Notes: generated from the sequence alone by a model not told the origin. Counted from the first letter of the stretch, positions 17,586 to 26,709 are shown. The stretch: 64,000 bases of DNA from an uncultured bacterium (GCA_947063875.1 CAMSTY010000010.1:11069-75068), one strand, 5' to 3'. Program-made: numbers and translations.

Positions 17586-20270
17586 ATGAAAGAACTGGAG
17601 AAGAATTATAATCCATCTCAGATCGAGGACAAGCTGTATCAGAAGTGGCTGGACAACAAATATTTCCACGCTGACGCCCGGAGAGGAAAACGGGAGGGTA
17701 AGAAACCCTTTACCATTGTGATGCCGCCGCCCAACATTACCGGGCAGCTGCATATGGGACATGCCCTTGACAATACGATGCAGGATATTCTGACCCGTTT
17801 TAAGAGAATGCAGGGTTATGAGGCTTTGTGGCAGCCGGGGACTGACCATGCGGCTATTGCCACGGAGGTTAAGGTGATCGACAAGCTGAAATCCGAGGGC
17901 ATTGACAAGCAGGACCTGGGCCGCGAGGGATTTCTGGAGAAATGCTGGGACTGGAAGAAGGAGTACGGCGCCCGCATTATCAATCAGCTGCATAAGCTGG
18001 GTTCCTCCGCGGACTGGGAACGGGAGCGTTTTACCATGGACAAGGGCTGCTCGGATGCGGTGCTGGAGGTTTTCATAAAGCTGTACGAAAAAGGATATAT
18101 TTACAAGGGTTCCCGTATCATCAACTGGTGCCCGGTATGTAAGACCTCCATCTCCGATGCCGAGGTAGAGCATGAGGAGCAGAATGGTTTTTTCTGGCAT
18201 ATCAATTATCCGATTGTGGGAGAGGAAGGCCGCTATGTGGAGATTGCCACCACCCGTCCCGAGACCCTTCTGGGGGATACGGCGGTGGCGGTCAATCCGG
18301 AGGACGAACGCTATCAGGACCTGGTCGGAAAAATGTTGGAGCTGCCGCTGACCGGCAGGCAGATTCCCGTGGTGGCAGACGAATATGTGGATAAGGAATT
18401 CGGGACCGGCTGTGTGAAGATCACCCCGGCCCATGACCCCAATGACTTTGAGGTGGGAAAACGCCACAATCTTGAGGAAATCTGTATAATGCACGACGAT
18501 GCTACCATCGATTGTCCGGGAACCCCCTATGACGGCATGGATCGCTATGAAGCCCGCAAGGCTATGGTGGAGGACTTAAAAAAGCTGGGCCTGCTGGTAA
18601 AGATCGTGCCCCATTCTCACAATGTAGGAACCCATGACCGCTGCAAGACCACGGTAGAGCCTATGGTAAAACCCCAGTGGTTTGTGCGGATGGAGGAGAT
18701 GGCAAAGCCGGCCATTGAGGCGATCAAGACCGGAGAACTGAAGATTGTGCCGGAAAGCTTCGGCAAGACTTATCTGCACTGGCTGGAGGGCATCCGGGAC
18801 TGGTGTATTTCCCGCCAGCTGTGGTGGGGGCACCGGATTCCGGCTTACACCTGCCAGGACTGCGGGGAAATGCTGGTGGCCAAGGAGATGCCGGGAAAAT
18901 GCCCTAAATGCGGCGGTGTCCATTTCCGGCAGGATGAGGATACGCTGGATACCTGGTTTTCTTCTGCCCTGTGGCCCTTCTCGACTTTGGGATGGCCGGA
19001 AAAGACGGAGGAACTGGAGTATTTTTATCCCACGGATGTGTTGGTGACCGGCTATGACATTATCTTTTTCTGGGTTATCCGCATGGTGTTCTCCGGTCTG
19101 GAGCAGACGGGAAAATGCCCCTTCCACACGGTTCTGATCCACGGGCTTGTGCGGGACAGCCAGGGCCGCAAGATGAGCAAGTCCCTGGGCAACGGCATCG
19201 ATCCTTTGGAGGTGATAGACAAATACGGCGCGGACGCCCTGCGTATGACTTTGATCACCGGCAATGCACCTGGCAATGATATGCGCTTCTATTGGGAGCG
19301 GGTGGAGAACAGCCGGAATTTTGCCAATAAGGTCTGGAATGCTTCCCGCTTCATTATGATGAACATGGAGAAGGCGCCTTTGGAGCAGATGAAGGCGTAT
19401 GACCTGGCCGATGGGAAGGCCGTGCCTCTGACCATGCCGGATAAGTGGATTCTTTCCAAGGTCAACGGACTGGCCAGGGAAATGACGGAGAACCTGGATA
19501 AATATGAACTGGGGATCGCCCTTCAGAAGGTTTATGATTTTATCTGGGAGGAGTTCTGCGACTGGTATATCGAGATGGTGAAACCCCGTCTGTGGAATGA
19601 GGAGGATGAGACGCGTGCTGCTGCTTTGTGGACTTTGAAGACCGTACTGATTCAGTCGCTGAAGCTTCTTCATCCCTATATGCCCTTTGTGACGGAGGAG
19701 ATCTTCTGCAACCTGCAGGAGGAAGAGGAGTCTATCATGATTTCCTCCTGGCCGGAATACCGAAAGGAGTGGAACTTTGCCGCTGAGGAGCAGGAAGTGG
19801 AGACCATCAAGGAAGCTGTCCGGGCGATCCGTAACGTGCGCACTTCCATGAACGTGCCCCCCAGCCGCAAAGCCAAGGTGTATGTGGTGTCACAAGAAGA
19901 AAAAATATTGGAAATCTTCCGCCATAGCAAGGTGTTTTTTGCAACCCTGGGTTTTGCCAGCGAGGTCTGCATCCAGTCGGATAAGAACCAAATTGCCGAA
20001 GATGCAGTGTCAGCAGTGATTTCTCAGGCTACCATCTATATGCCTTTTGCGGAATTGGTGGATATCGCCAAGGAATTGGAACGCCTGCAGAAGGAAAAGG
20101 AGCGCCTGACCAAGGAGCTGGCCCGGGTGAACGGGATGCTGTCCAATGAACGTTTTGTCAGCAAGGCCCCGGAGGCGAAGATCAACGAGGAAAAGGCAAA
20201 GCAGGAAAAATATACCCAGATGATGGCCCAGGTGGAGGAACGTCTGGCGCAGCTGCAGCAGAAGGCATAG
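17586..20270 (+). CDS. valS: Valine--tRNA ligase
   Basis: Class I motifs PPNITGQLHMGHAL (HIGH) and KMSKSLGN (KMSKS). C-terminal coiled coil. 894 aa. Confidence 0.97.
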   Translation: MKELEKNYNPSQIEDKLYQKWLDNKYFHADARRGKREGKKPFTIVMPPPNITGQLHMGHALDNTMQDILTRFKRMQGYEALWQPGTDHAAIATEVKVIDKLKSEGIDKQDLGREGFLEKCWDWKKEYGARIINQLHKLGSSADWERERFTMDKGCSDAVLEVFIKLYEKGYIYKGSRIINWCPVCKTSISDAEVEHEEQNGFFWHINYPIVGEEGRYVEIATTRPETLLGDTAVAVNPEDERYQDLVGKMLELPLTGRQIPVVADEYVDKEFGTGCVKITPAHDPNDFEVGKRHNLEEICIMHDDATIDCPGTPYDGMDRYEARKAMVEDLKKLGLLVKIVPHSHNVGTHDRCKTTVEPMVKPQWFVRMEEMAKPAIEAIKTGELKIVPESFGKTYLHWLEGIRDWCISRQLWWGHRIPAYTCQDCGEMLVAKEMPGKCPKCGGVHFRQDEDTLDTWFSSALWPFSTLGWPEKTEELEYFYPTDVLVTGYDIIFFWVIRMVFSGLEQTGKCPFHTVLIHGLVRDSQGRKMSKSLGNGIDPLEVIDKYGADALRMTLITGNAPGNDMRFYWERVENSRNFANKVWNASRFIMMNMEKAPLEQMKAYDLADGKAVPLTMPDKWILSKVNGLAREMTENLDKYELGIALQKVYDFIWEEFCDWYIEMVKPRLWNEEDETRAAALWTLKTVLIQSLKLLHPYMPFVTEEIFCNLQEEEESIMISSWPEYRKEWNFAAEEQEVETIKEAVRAIRNVRTSMNVPPSRKAKVYVVSQEEKILEIFRHSKVFFATLGFASEVCIQSDKNQIAEDAVSAVISQATIYMPFAELVDIAKELERLQKEKERLTKELARVNGMLSNERFVSKAPEAKINEEKAKQEKYTQMMAQVEERLAQLQQKA

Positions 20271-20320
20271 AAACCGGAAAACGGATTCATAAACCAGAGA
20301 TTTTCACATATATTATAGTT

Positions 20321-21571
20321 ATGGATGAACAGGCGAAAGAGTATCTATTGAAAATACCATTCTGGACCAAAAAGAAAAATACCCTGGAGCAGACCGGAGA
20401 TTTTCTGGAGCGGTTAGGCAATCCACAGCAGGACCTGGCCGTGATCCATGTGGCTGGAACCAACGGCAAGGGTTCGGTCTGTGCGGATATGACGGCTGTT
20501 TTAAGGGAAGCCGGATACCGGGTGGGCACTTTTGTATCCCCCCACCTGGTTGATATCCGGGAACGGTTTCTGATTGACGGAGAGATCGTAGGGGAGGCAG
20601 CCTTTGAGGACTGCTTCCAAAGGATCTTGCTCCTGGTCCGGCAGATGACGGCGCAGGGCTATTGTCATCCTACTTTTTTTGAATTTGTATTTTTGATGGC
20701 AATGGTCCTGTTTGCCCGGGAAAAAACCGATTATGCGATATTGGAGACAGGCATGGGAGGGCGGCTGGATACCACCAATGTGATCGCGCATCCGATTGCC
20801 TGCATCATTACCTCGATCAGTCTTGACCATACCCAGTATCTAGGAGAGACCATTCCGGAAATTGCAGCAGAGAAGGCAGGGATTATCAAAGCCGGGGTAC
20901 CGGTGATCTACGATGATAATGAGCCTGCCGCTTCCAGGGTTATTCTTCAAAGGGCCAGAGAACTTGACGCGTTGGCCTATGGGGTAGGGCAGGGGGAGAT
21001 AACGGCAGAAGAGTATTCCTGCTTTGCCGCTCCTTATCAGGCCCGGAATGCAGCACTGGTAAAGAGAACCTTGGAGGTACTGCAGATACCAGGGGTGGAC
21101 GAAAAATTGTGCGAAAGGGTTCTGAAGAAGGTCTGCTGGCAGGGCCGGATGGAGGAAGCCGCGCCGGAGGTCTGGCTGGACGGCGCCCACAATCCGGGAG
21201 GAATCCGGGCATTTATTGAGGCAGTGAAGGGGCAGCTGACGAGAGAGGCAGGCCCGGCGGGGCAGGTACAGCTTCTGTTCGCTGCCGTTTCTGACAAGGA
21301 TTATGGAGAAATGATTCACTTATTGTGTAATTCGCTTCCCATAACCCGGGTAACTGTGGTACACTTAAGGAGTGAGCGGGGGTTGAAAGAGCAGGTTCTG
21401 GCACAGAAGTTTGAAGAAGTGGGCTGTCCGGCAGTGGAGGCTTGTGAGACGGTCAGTCAGGCTTTGGAGACGGCGATGGCTCACAAGAAGGAAGGGGACA
21501 GGCTGTATGTGGTGGGGTCCCTGTATTTGATTGGAGAGATTAAGGAACTGTTGAGACAGAGAAGCTGTTGA
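20321..21571 (+). CDS. folC: Bifunctional folylpolyglutamate synthase / dihydrofolate synthase
   Basis: The Mur-ligase P-loop HVAGTNGKGS, the ~416-aa length and the classic valS-folC synteny. Confidence 0.9.
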   Translation: MDEQAKEYLLKIPFWTKKKNTLEQTGDFLERLGNPQQDLAVIHVAGTNGKGSVCADMTAVLREAGYRVGTFVSPHLVDIRERFLIDGEIVGEAAFEDCFQRILLLVRQMTAQGYCHPTFFEFVFLMAMVLFAREKTDYAILETGMGGRLDTTNVIAHPIACIITSISLDHTQYLGETIPEIAAEKAGIIKAGVPVIYDDNEPAASRVILQRARELDALAYGVGQGEITAEEYSCFAAPYQARNAALVKRTLEVLQIPGVDEKLCERVLKKVCWQGRMEEAAPEVWLDGAHNPGGIRAFIEAVKGQLTREAGPAGQVQLLFAAVSDKDYGEMIHLLCNSLPITRVTVVHLRSERGLKEQVLAQKFEEVGCPAVEACETVSQALETAMAHKKEGDRLYVVGSLYLIGEIKELLRQRSC

Positions 21572-21596
21572 AATACAAAATGAGGAGGAAGGAACA

Positions 21597-21734
21597 TTGC
21601 TGGATTTTGAGGAGGAATTGAAACGTTTCCGCCCCAGCCTGGAAATTGGAAATGTGGAGGATGCCATCGGAAAGGAAGATCTGACGGATATGACGGATCT
21701 GATGGTGGAACTGTTGAACGAGAAGAAAAATTAA
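21597..21734 (+). CDS. Candidate 45-aa acidic small protein (TTG start), not in the ORF track
   Basis: AGGAGGAAGG RBS lies 8 nt upstream of the TTG. Translation: (M)LDFEEELKRFRPSLEIGNVEDAIGKEDLTDMTDLMVELLNEKKN*. It fits tightly between folC (stop 21571) and the next gene (start 21748). Confidence 0.4.
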   Translation: MLDFEEELKRFRPSLEIGNVEDAIGKEDLTDMTDLMVELLNEKKN

Positions 21735-21747
21735 GCGGAGACAAGGC

Positions 21748-23052
21748 ATGGATGTAGGAATGAGAAATCGTCAGATTGCCAATGCCTATTATAATGTAGG
21801 ACTGGCAAAAGCGAGGGAGCGGGATCTGACCGGAGCGTCAGATGCGCTGAAAAAAAGTCTCCGGTTTAATAAATACCAGACAGACGCCCGCAACCTTCTG
21901 GGCCTGATTTACCATGAGGTCGGCGAGGTAGGGGCGGCCCTGGCCCAATGGATTATCAGCCTGAATCTGCAGGAGACGGGGAATCTGGCGGAAGAGTATC
22001 TGAAGGTTCTCCAGGATGCCCCAGGCTATCTGGATATGGCCGATCAGGCGGCAAAAAAATACAATCAGTCGCTGCATTACGCGCATAACGATAATGAAGA
22101 CCTGGCGGTCCTTCTGCTGATGCGCATGGTGGAAGAGGTGCCGAACTTTGTGAAAGCCCAGCAGCTTCTGGCTTTGCTGTACATTCATCATGAGGATTAT
22201 ACAAAGGCGGGACGCTGCCTGTTCCAGGCATTAAGGGTGGATCGCTACAATCCGATGGCACAGCGGTATATGGCGATTGCAAAGGAAAATACCGGTCGGG
22301 CCGAGGTGGAAAAACGGAAGCTGAAGAATGCTTTTTCTCACCGGCAGATGCAGGATGACGATATTATCCTGCCTCCAAGCTATAAGGAGAATACGGGCCT
22401 GCAGTCGATACTGAATATTCTGGCCGGCCTGGTCCTGGGGGTGGTAGTCTTGTTTTTTCTGGTGACGCCGACGATCCGGGACTCCATTACCCATAAATAT
22501 GAGGAGGAGATTAGACGGGGCCTGGAACTGGTGAATCAGAAAAGCCTTCAGATCGATGAACTGAACCGAAAGATGGAGGAGGCCAGCGCCGCACAGCAGG
22601 AGGCGGAGAGCAGCCTGGCGGCCATGGTGGATAACAGCGGCGGAGTGATCAGCCAGTATCAGCGTCTGGCACAGATCCTTCAGGCCTATCGGACCGAGGA
22701 CATGCGGACGGCAGTCCAGGTCTTTGCGGAGACGGACCTTGCGGTGCTGAACGACGGAGTGTTAAATGATATTGTGGCCTGGCTGCAGCAAGATATGGCC
22801 CAGAACGGCTATCAGGTGCTGGAGCAGCTGGGAGATGAGGCAGTGACCCGGGGCGATATGGCGCAGGCAGTGGAATATTTTCAAAAGAGCCTGCAGATTA
22901 ATGGGGAAAATATCGGGGTAAAGTATAAAATCGGACTTGCCTATAAGAATGCGGGGGATGTGGATACCGCCAATGAATATTTTGGGGATATCATTATGAA
23001 TCACTCGGATTCTGAGTACGCCGCACAGGCAAAGGAGCAGCGGGGATTTTAG
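21748..23052 (+). CDS. TPR-repeat protein with a single central transmembrane helix
   Basis: N- and C-terminal TPR-like repeats (NAYYNVGLAKARERDL..., AQAVEYFQKSLQINGENIGVKYKIGLAYKNAGDVDTANEYF). TM segment ILNILAGLVLGVVVLFFLV. Central coiled coil. Confidence 0.8.
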   Translation: MDVGMRNRQIANAYYNVGLAKARERDLTGASDALKKSLRFNKYQTDARNLLGLIYHEVGEVGAALAQWIISLNLQETGNLAEEYLKVLQDAPGYLDMADQAAKKYNQSLHYAHNDNEDLAVLLLMRMVEEVPNFVKAQQLLALLYIHHEDYTKAGRCLFQALRVDRYNPMAQRYMAIAKENTGRAEVEKRKLKNAFSHRQMQDDDIILPPSYKENTGLQSILNILAGLVLGVVVLFFLVTPTIRDSITHKYEEEIRRGLELVNQKSLQIDELNRKMEEASAAQQEAESSLAAMVDNSGGVISQYQRLAQILQAYRTEDMRTAVQVFAETDLAVLNDGVLNDIVAWLQQDMAQNGYQVLEQLGDEAVTRGDMAQAVEYFQKSLQINGENIGVKYKIGLAYKNAGDVDTANEYFGDIIMNHSDSEYAAQAKEQRGF

Positions 23053-23097
23053 AAAAAGGCATATCCGGCGGAAAGTTACGATCGGAAAAAGACAGAA

Positions 23098-23137
23098 AGA
23101 TACAATAGGAACAAGAGTTCTTGTTGTATCTTTTTTT
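23098..23137 (+). terminator. Rho-independent terminator after the TPR membrane protein gene
   Basis: AGATACAA..AACAAGAGTTCTTGTTGTATCT followed by T7. Confidence 0.6.
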
Positions 23138-23258
23138 AGTGGGATTTTTTGAAAATTTATTTTTGCAGGCCTTAGAGCGTGTTTGAAAAACGACTTTGAA
23201 ACACACTTCGTAGCCCGCAGGGAAGGGAGAGGACAACGTGAACAGAATGGAGGAAAAC

Positions 23259-23597
23259 ATGCAGCAGACATTCAGCTACGAGGCCAGGGAGCAGACATTG
23301 ATTATCCATCTGCCGAAAGAACTGGATCATCACAATTGCCGGAATTTAAAATATGAGACGGACCTGCTTCTGGCGGAAAATTACATAAACAGAATCGTAT
23401 TTGACTTTTCCAGGACAGAATTTATGGACTCTTCAGGGATCGGAATCCTGCTGAACCGTTACAAGCAGATGACTGCAAATGGCGGAAAAGTGGTTTTGTG
23501 CGGGGTGAATGCCCAGGTACGGCGAATCCTTACCATAGGCGGAATCAGCCGGTTGATAGAATCGTATGAAAACCGGGAGGCAGCGGTGGTCGGATGA
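23259..23597 (+). CDS. spoIIAA: Anti-sigma-F factor antagonist (STAS domain)
   Basis: ELDHH and the phosphorylatable-Ser motif FMDSSGIGILLNRYK align position-for-position with B. subtilis SpoIIAA when the ATG at 23259 is used. The ORF track begins at the GTG at 23238. Confidence 0.9.
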   Translation: MQQTFSYEAREQTLIIHLPKELDHHNCRNLKYETDLLLAENYINRIVFDFSRTEFMDSSGIGILLNRYKQMTANGGKVVLCGVNAQVRRILTIGGISRLIESYENREAAVVG

Positions 23598-23650
23598 TAA
23601 TGGAAGAAAGGATAAAGGAATGCTGCAAAGGCAGCGCAGGAGGGGACAAG

Positions 23651-24067
23651 ATGGAACGTTTTCGGATGGAAATTGAGAGTTTATCAAAAAATGAAGAACT
23701 GGCACGGGTGGTGACGGCAGTATTTATGAGCCGGCTGGACCCGACATTGGAGGAACTGGATGATGTAAAGACGGCAGTCTCCGAGGCAGTGACAAACGCA
23801 GTGATTCACGGGTATCAGGAAAAGGAGGGGATCATTTATATGGAACTGCAGGCGGAAAACAGGCAATTGACAGTTTTGGTAAGGGATCTCGGCGTAGGAA
23901 TTCCCGATGTAAAAAAGGCGATGGAGCCGATGTATACCACGGATTTGTCCGGGGAACGATCCGGCATGGGTTTTGCTTTTATGGAAGCGTTTATGGACCA
24001 GGTGCAGGTAGAGTCAGAACCGGGACAGGGAACCTTGGTGACTATGAGAAAGAAAATCGGCAGGTGA
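23651..24067 (+). CDS. spoIIAB: Anti-sigma-F factor / serine kinase
   Basis: GHKL-type motifs (EAVTNAVIHGY; DLGVGIPD; ERSGMGFAFM). I prefer the ATG at 23651 behind the strong RBS AGGAGGGG. The ORF track start at 23594 adds an atypical 19-aa extension. Confidence 0.9.
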   Translation: MERFRMEIESLSKNEELARVVTAVFMSRLDPTLEELDDVKTAVSEAVTNAVIHGYQEKEGIIYMELQAENRQLTVLVRDLGVGIPDVKKAMEPMYTTDLSGERSGMGFAFMEAFMDQVQVESEPGQGTLVTMRKKIGR

Positions 24068-24073
24068 AGAGGC

Positions 24074-24787
24074 ATGGAGGAAACCGCTAAATTAATCCGG
24101 CTTGCCCACGAAGGAGACCGGAATGCCAGAGACCAGCTTGTGATGGACAATGTGGGGCTGGTGTGGAGCATTGTGCGTCGTTTTGCCGGCAGAGGGCAGG
24201 AACTGGAAGATTTATACCAGATCGGCTGTATCGGACTGATTAAGGCGATTGATAAGTTTAATCTGGATTTCGACGTGAAATTTTCCACCTATGCCGTCCC
24301 GATGATCAGTGGGGAAATCAAACGATTTTTGAGGGATGACGGCATGATTAAGGTGAGCCGTTCTTTAAAGGAACTGGGCATGCGGATCAGCAGTGCGCGT
24401 GAACAGATGATCTGGGAACTGGGAAGAGAACCTGTGCTGGAAGAACTGGCAGTCCGGGTGGGGGTCAGCCGCGAGGAAGTCGCGGCATCGATGGAAGCCG
24501 CAACAGAGGTGGAATCGATCTATAAGCCGGTTGGTTCGGGAGAAGACCAGACAATAAGACTGTTAGATAAACTGCAGGATGAGCACGAGGCGCAGGAAGA
24601 ACTTTTAAACCATATGGTATTGGAACAGTTGCTGACCCAGTTAAATGAGAAGGATCGCGAGATCATCTGGAGGCGTTATTTTGAAAACCAGACACAGAGC
24701 CAGATCGCTGCAGACCTGAATATTTCACAAGTACAGGTATCAAGGCTGGAAAAAAGGATTCTCCGTCAGATGAGGGAACGTTTATAA
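24074..24787 (+). CDS. sigF: Sporulation sigma factor F
   Basis: Sigma-70 regions 2-4 (DLYQIGCIGLIKAIDKF, YAVPMISGEIKRFLRD, SQIAADLNISQVQVSRLEK) and its position after spoIIAA-AB. Confidence 0.9.
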   Translation: MEETAKLIRLAHEGDRNARDQLVMDNVGLVWSIVRRFAGRGQELEDLYQIGCIGLIKAIDKFNLDFDVKFSTYAVPMISGEIKRFLRDDGMIKVSRSLKELGMRISSAREQMIWELGREPVLEELAVRVGVSREEVAASMEAATEVESIYKPVGSGEDQTIRLLDKLQDEHEAQEELLNHMVLEQLLTQLNEKDREIIWRRYFENQTQSQIAADLNISQVQVSRLEKRILRQMRERL

Positions 24788-24810
24788 TCAAAAAACGATC
24801 GTGAAAAAAC

Positions 24811-24840
24811 GAATATCAGAACCTGAAATCACACATACTA
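24811..24840 (+). promoter_or_regulatory. Forespore (sigma-G/sigma-F type) promoter candidate for the spoVA genes
   Basis: GAATA, 18-nt spacer, CATACTA. This matches the sigma-G consensus GHATR-N18-CATXHTA. Confidence 0.55.
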
Positions 24841-24905
24841 TGCTTCGGAACGCAGATATTTTAAGGAAACTGCGGATGGGAATTGAAAGCAAAGGATGTG
24901 GATAG

Positions 24906-25058
24906 ATGGACTTTTTAAAACAGTTGATTGGGTTGGTAACGATATTTTTATGTCTGGCAGTGGCAGCGCTGATTGTCTGGTACTGCCTGTTTGGCACGCC
25001 TCGGCAGATGGAGCCGGGCGGGACCTTGGTTGAGCGGTCATGGGAGGTGATGCTGTGA
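24906..25058 (+). CDS. Candidate 50-aa single-TM protein overlapping the spoVAA start
   Basis: MDFLKQLIGLVTIFLCLAVAALIVWYCLFGTPRQMEPGGTLVERSWEVML*. Its stop overlaps the spoVAA GTG (GTGA). It lies downstream of the sigma-G-like promoter. The RBS is weak. Confidence 0.35.
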   Translation: MDFLKQLIGLVTIFLCLAVAALIVWYCLFGTPRQMEPGGTLVERSWEVML

Positions 25059-25690
25059 GCAGCACGACCAAAGCCGTATATCTCAATTTAAGCGAAATCA
25101 CGGAAGTTCATTCACAGGATGTATTTTTAAAAGATGTAGCAAAAGTATATTGCGGCGATACGAATATTCAGAACAAATGCGAATGTACAAAAATTAAGCA
25201 CATTTCAGAAAACAAAAACCGGCGGTATGTGGAAAACGTATTGGATGTCATCGAGAAACTGGAAAAGCTGGACAGCTCGATTCAGGTGAACAATGTGGGC
25301 AAGGTGGAATATATCATTGATTTCCAGCCTGAGAAACCGGCGCATCTTGCCTGGCAATGGGCCAAGACCCTGTTTGTCTGCATTGTCTGTTTTTGCGGGG
25401 CGGCATTTGCCATCATGACATTTAACAATGATGCCAACGTACGCGATGTGTTTCAGGAACTTTACCGCCTGATAACCGGAAATGAGGCGCAGGGGACAAC
25501 GGTCCTGGAATTAACCTATTCGATCGGACTGGCGCTTGGAATTACCGTCTTTTTCAATCATTTTGCAAAATGGAAGCTGAATACGGACCCGACGCCGCTG
25601 GAAGTGGAGATGCGCCTGTATGAGGACAACATCAGCAAAACTCTGATTCAGAACGACGGAAGGAAGGAGCAGGGGATCGATGTTCAGTGA
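25055..25690 (+). CDS. spoVAA: Stage V sporulation protein AA
   Basis: VYLNLSEITEV..DVFLKDVAKVYC is followed by two TM segments, which is SpoVAA-like. A GTG start follows the RBS GGGAGGTGA. Located immediately after the spoIIA operon, as in Bacillus. Confidence 0.8.
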   Translation: MSSTTKAVYLNLSEITEVHSQDVFLKDVAKVYCGDTNIQNKCECTKIKHISENKNRRYVENVLDVIEKLEKLDSSIQVNNVGKVEYIIDFQPEKPAHLAWQWAKTLFVCIVCFCGAAFAIMTFNNDANVRDVFQELYRLITGNEAQGTTVLELTYSIGLALGITVFFNHFAKWKLNTDPTPLEVEMRLYEDNISKTLIQNDGRKEQGIDVQ

Positions 25691-26147
25691 ACTGGCAGGA
25701 CAGCTTGCTGCGTTTTTTGGACTGCCATGGTGGCAGACAGCCGCACTTGGACTGCTTGGTCTGAGTGCGGGCGGCATAATAGCAGCAGGAGTATTTGCTT
25801 TTTTGGCGATTATCGGGGTGTTTCCAAGGCTGATGGGACGTACGAAAACCCGACGGATTCTGCTTTATGAAACCTTGATTATCCTGGGAGGAATCCTGGG
25901 GAATGTGTCCGATATTTATGAGATTCCGATTCGGTTCGGCGGGAATTTTTTCATGGGAATCTTTGGCCTGGCATCCGGGATTTTCGTAGGCTGCCTGGTG
26001 ATGTCCCTGGCCGAAACATTGAAGGCGCTTCCGGTTGTCAACCGGCGGATTGGACTGGCTGTAGGCCTGCAGTATGTGATTTTGGCGGTGGCATTGGGGA
26101 AGCTGGCAGGTTCGTTGGTGTATTTTGTTAAGGGGTTGTGTGCGTGA
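25680..26147 (+). CDS. spoVAB: Stage V sporulation protein AB
   Basis: 155-aa polytopic membrane protein that overlaps the spoVAA end. SpoVAB-like by position and size. Confidence 0.75.
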   Translation: MFSELAGQLAAFFGLPWWQTAALGLLGLSAGGIIAAGVFAFLAIIGVFPRLMGRTKTRRILLYETLIILGGILGNVSDIYEIPIRFGGNFFMGIFGLASGIFVGCLVMSLAETLKALPVVNRRIGLAVGLQYVILAVALGKLAGSLVYFVKGLCA

Positions 26148-26164
26148 AATATGGGGGCGTGATT

Positions 26165-26236
26165 TTAGGTATGGTGGATTTATGTAATGGATTTATATAA
26201 TGGTTTTATATGGTGGTTTTATGTGGTAGTTTTATG
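26165..26236. repeat. Degenerate 12-15 bp tandem repeat (core GGWTTTATRT, about 5-6 units) in the spoVAB-spoVAC spacer
   Basis: Units: tggtggatttatgta / atggatttatata / atggttttatat / ggtggttttatgt / ggtagttttatgc. Confidence 0.6.
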
Positions 26237-26253
26237 CAAAAGGAGAGATGAAT

Positions 26254-26709
26254 ATGGAGTTGAATAAACAGGAATATGATAAGTATGTAAAGAAAATTAC
26301 CCCGACGCATCCGCTGGGAGCGGACATGCTGCGGGCATTTGTGACTGGCGGGACGATCTGCCTGCTGGGACAGGTTTCGGTGATGAGTATGATGGCGTTA
26401 TGGGGGATGGAAAAGGACACGGCCATGACCTGGATGCAGCTGGAATTGATTCTGCTGAGTGTGGTTCTGACTGGAATGAATGTGTATCCGAAGATCGTTA
26501 AATGGGGCGGCGCCGGGGCCTTGGTGCCGATTACCGGGTTTGCCAATTCGGTGGTGGCGCCGGCGATTGAGTATAAGGCGGAGGGACAGGTGTTTGGGAT
26601 TGGGTGTAAGATCTTTACCATTGCGGGGCCGGTGATTTTGTATGGGATTTTGGCCAGTTGGGTGCTTGGCGTGGTTTATTGGGTTGGGGGAGTGATGGGG
26701 GTTATTTAG
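26254..26709 (+). CDS. spoVAC: Stage V sporulation protein AC
   Basis: KQEYDKYVKKITP...FVTGGTICLLGQ...ITGFANSVVAPAIEYKAEG is strongly SpoVAC-like. The second ATG has better spacing from the GGAGAG RBS; the ORF track start is 26248. Confidence 0.9.
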   Translation: MELNKQEYDKYVKKITPTHPLGADMLRAFVTGGTICLLGQVSVMSMMALWGMEKDTAMTWMQLELILLSVVLTGMNVYPKIVKWGGAGALVPITGFANSVVAPAIEYKAEGQVFGIGCKIFTIAGPVILYGILASWVLGVVYWVGGVMGVI

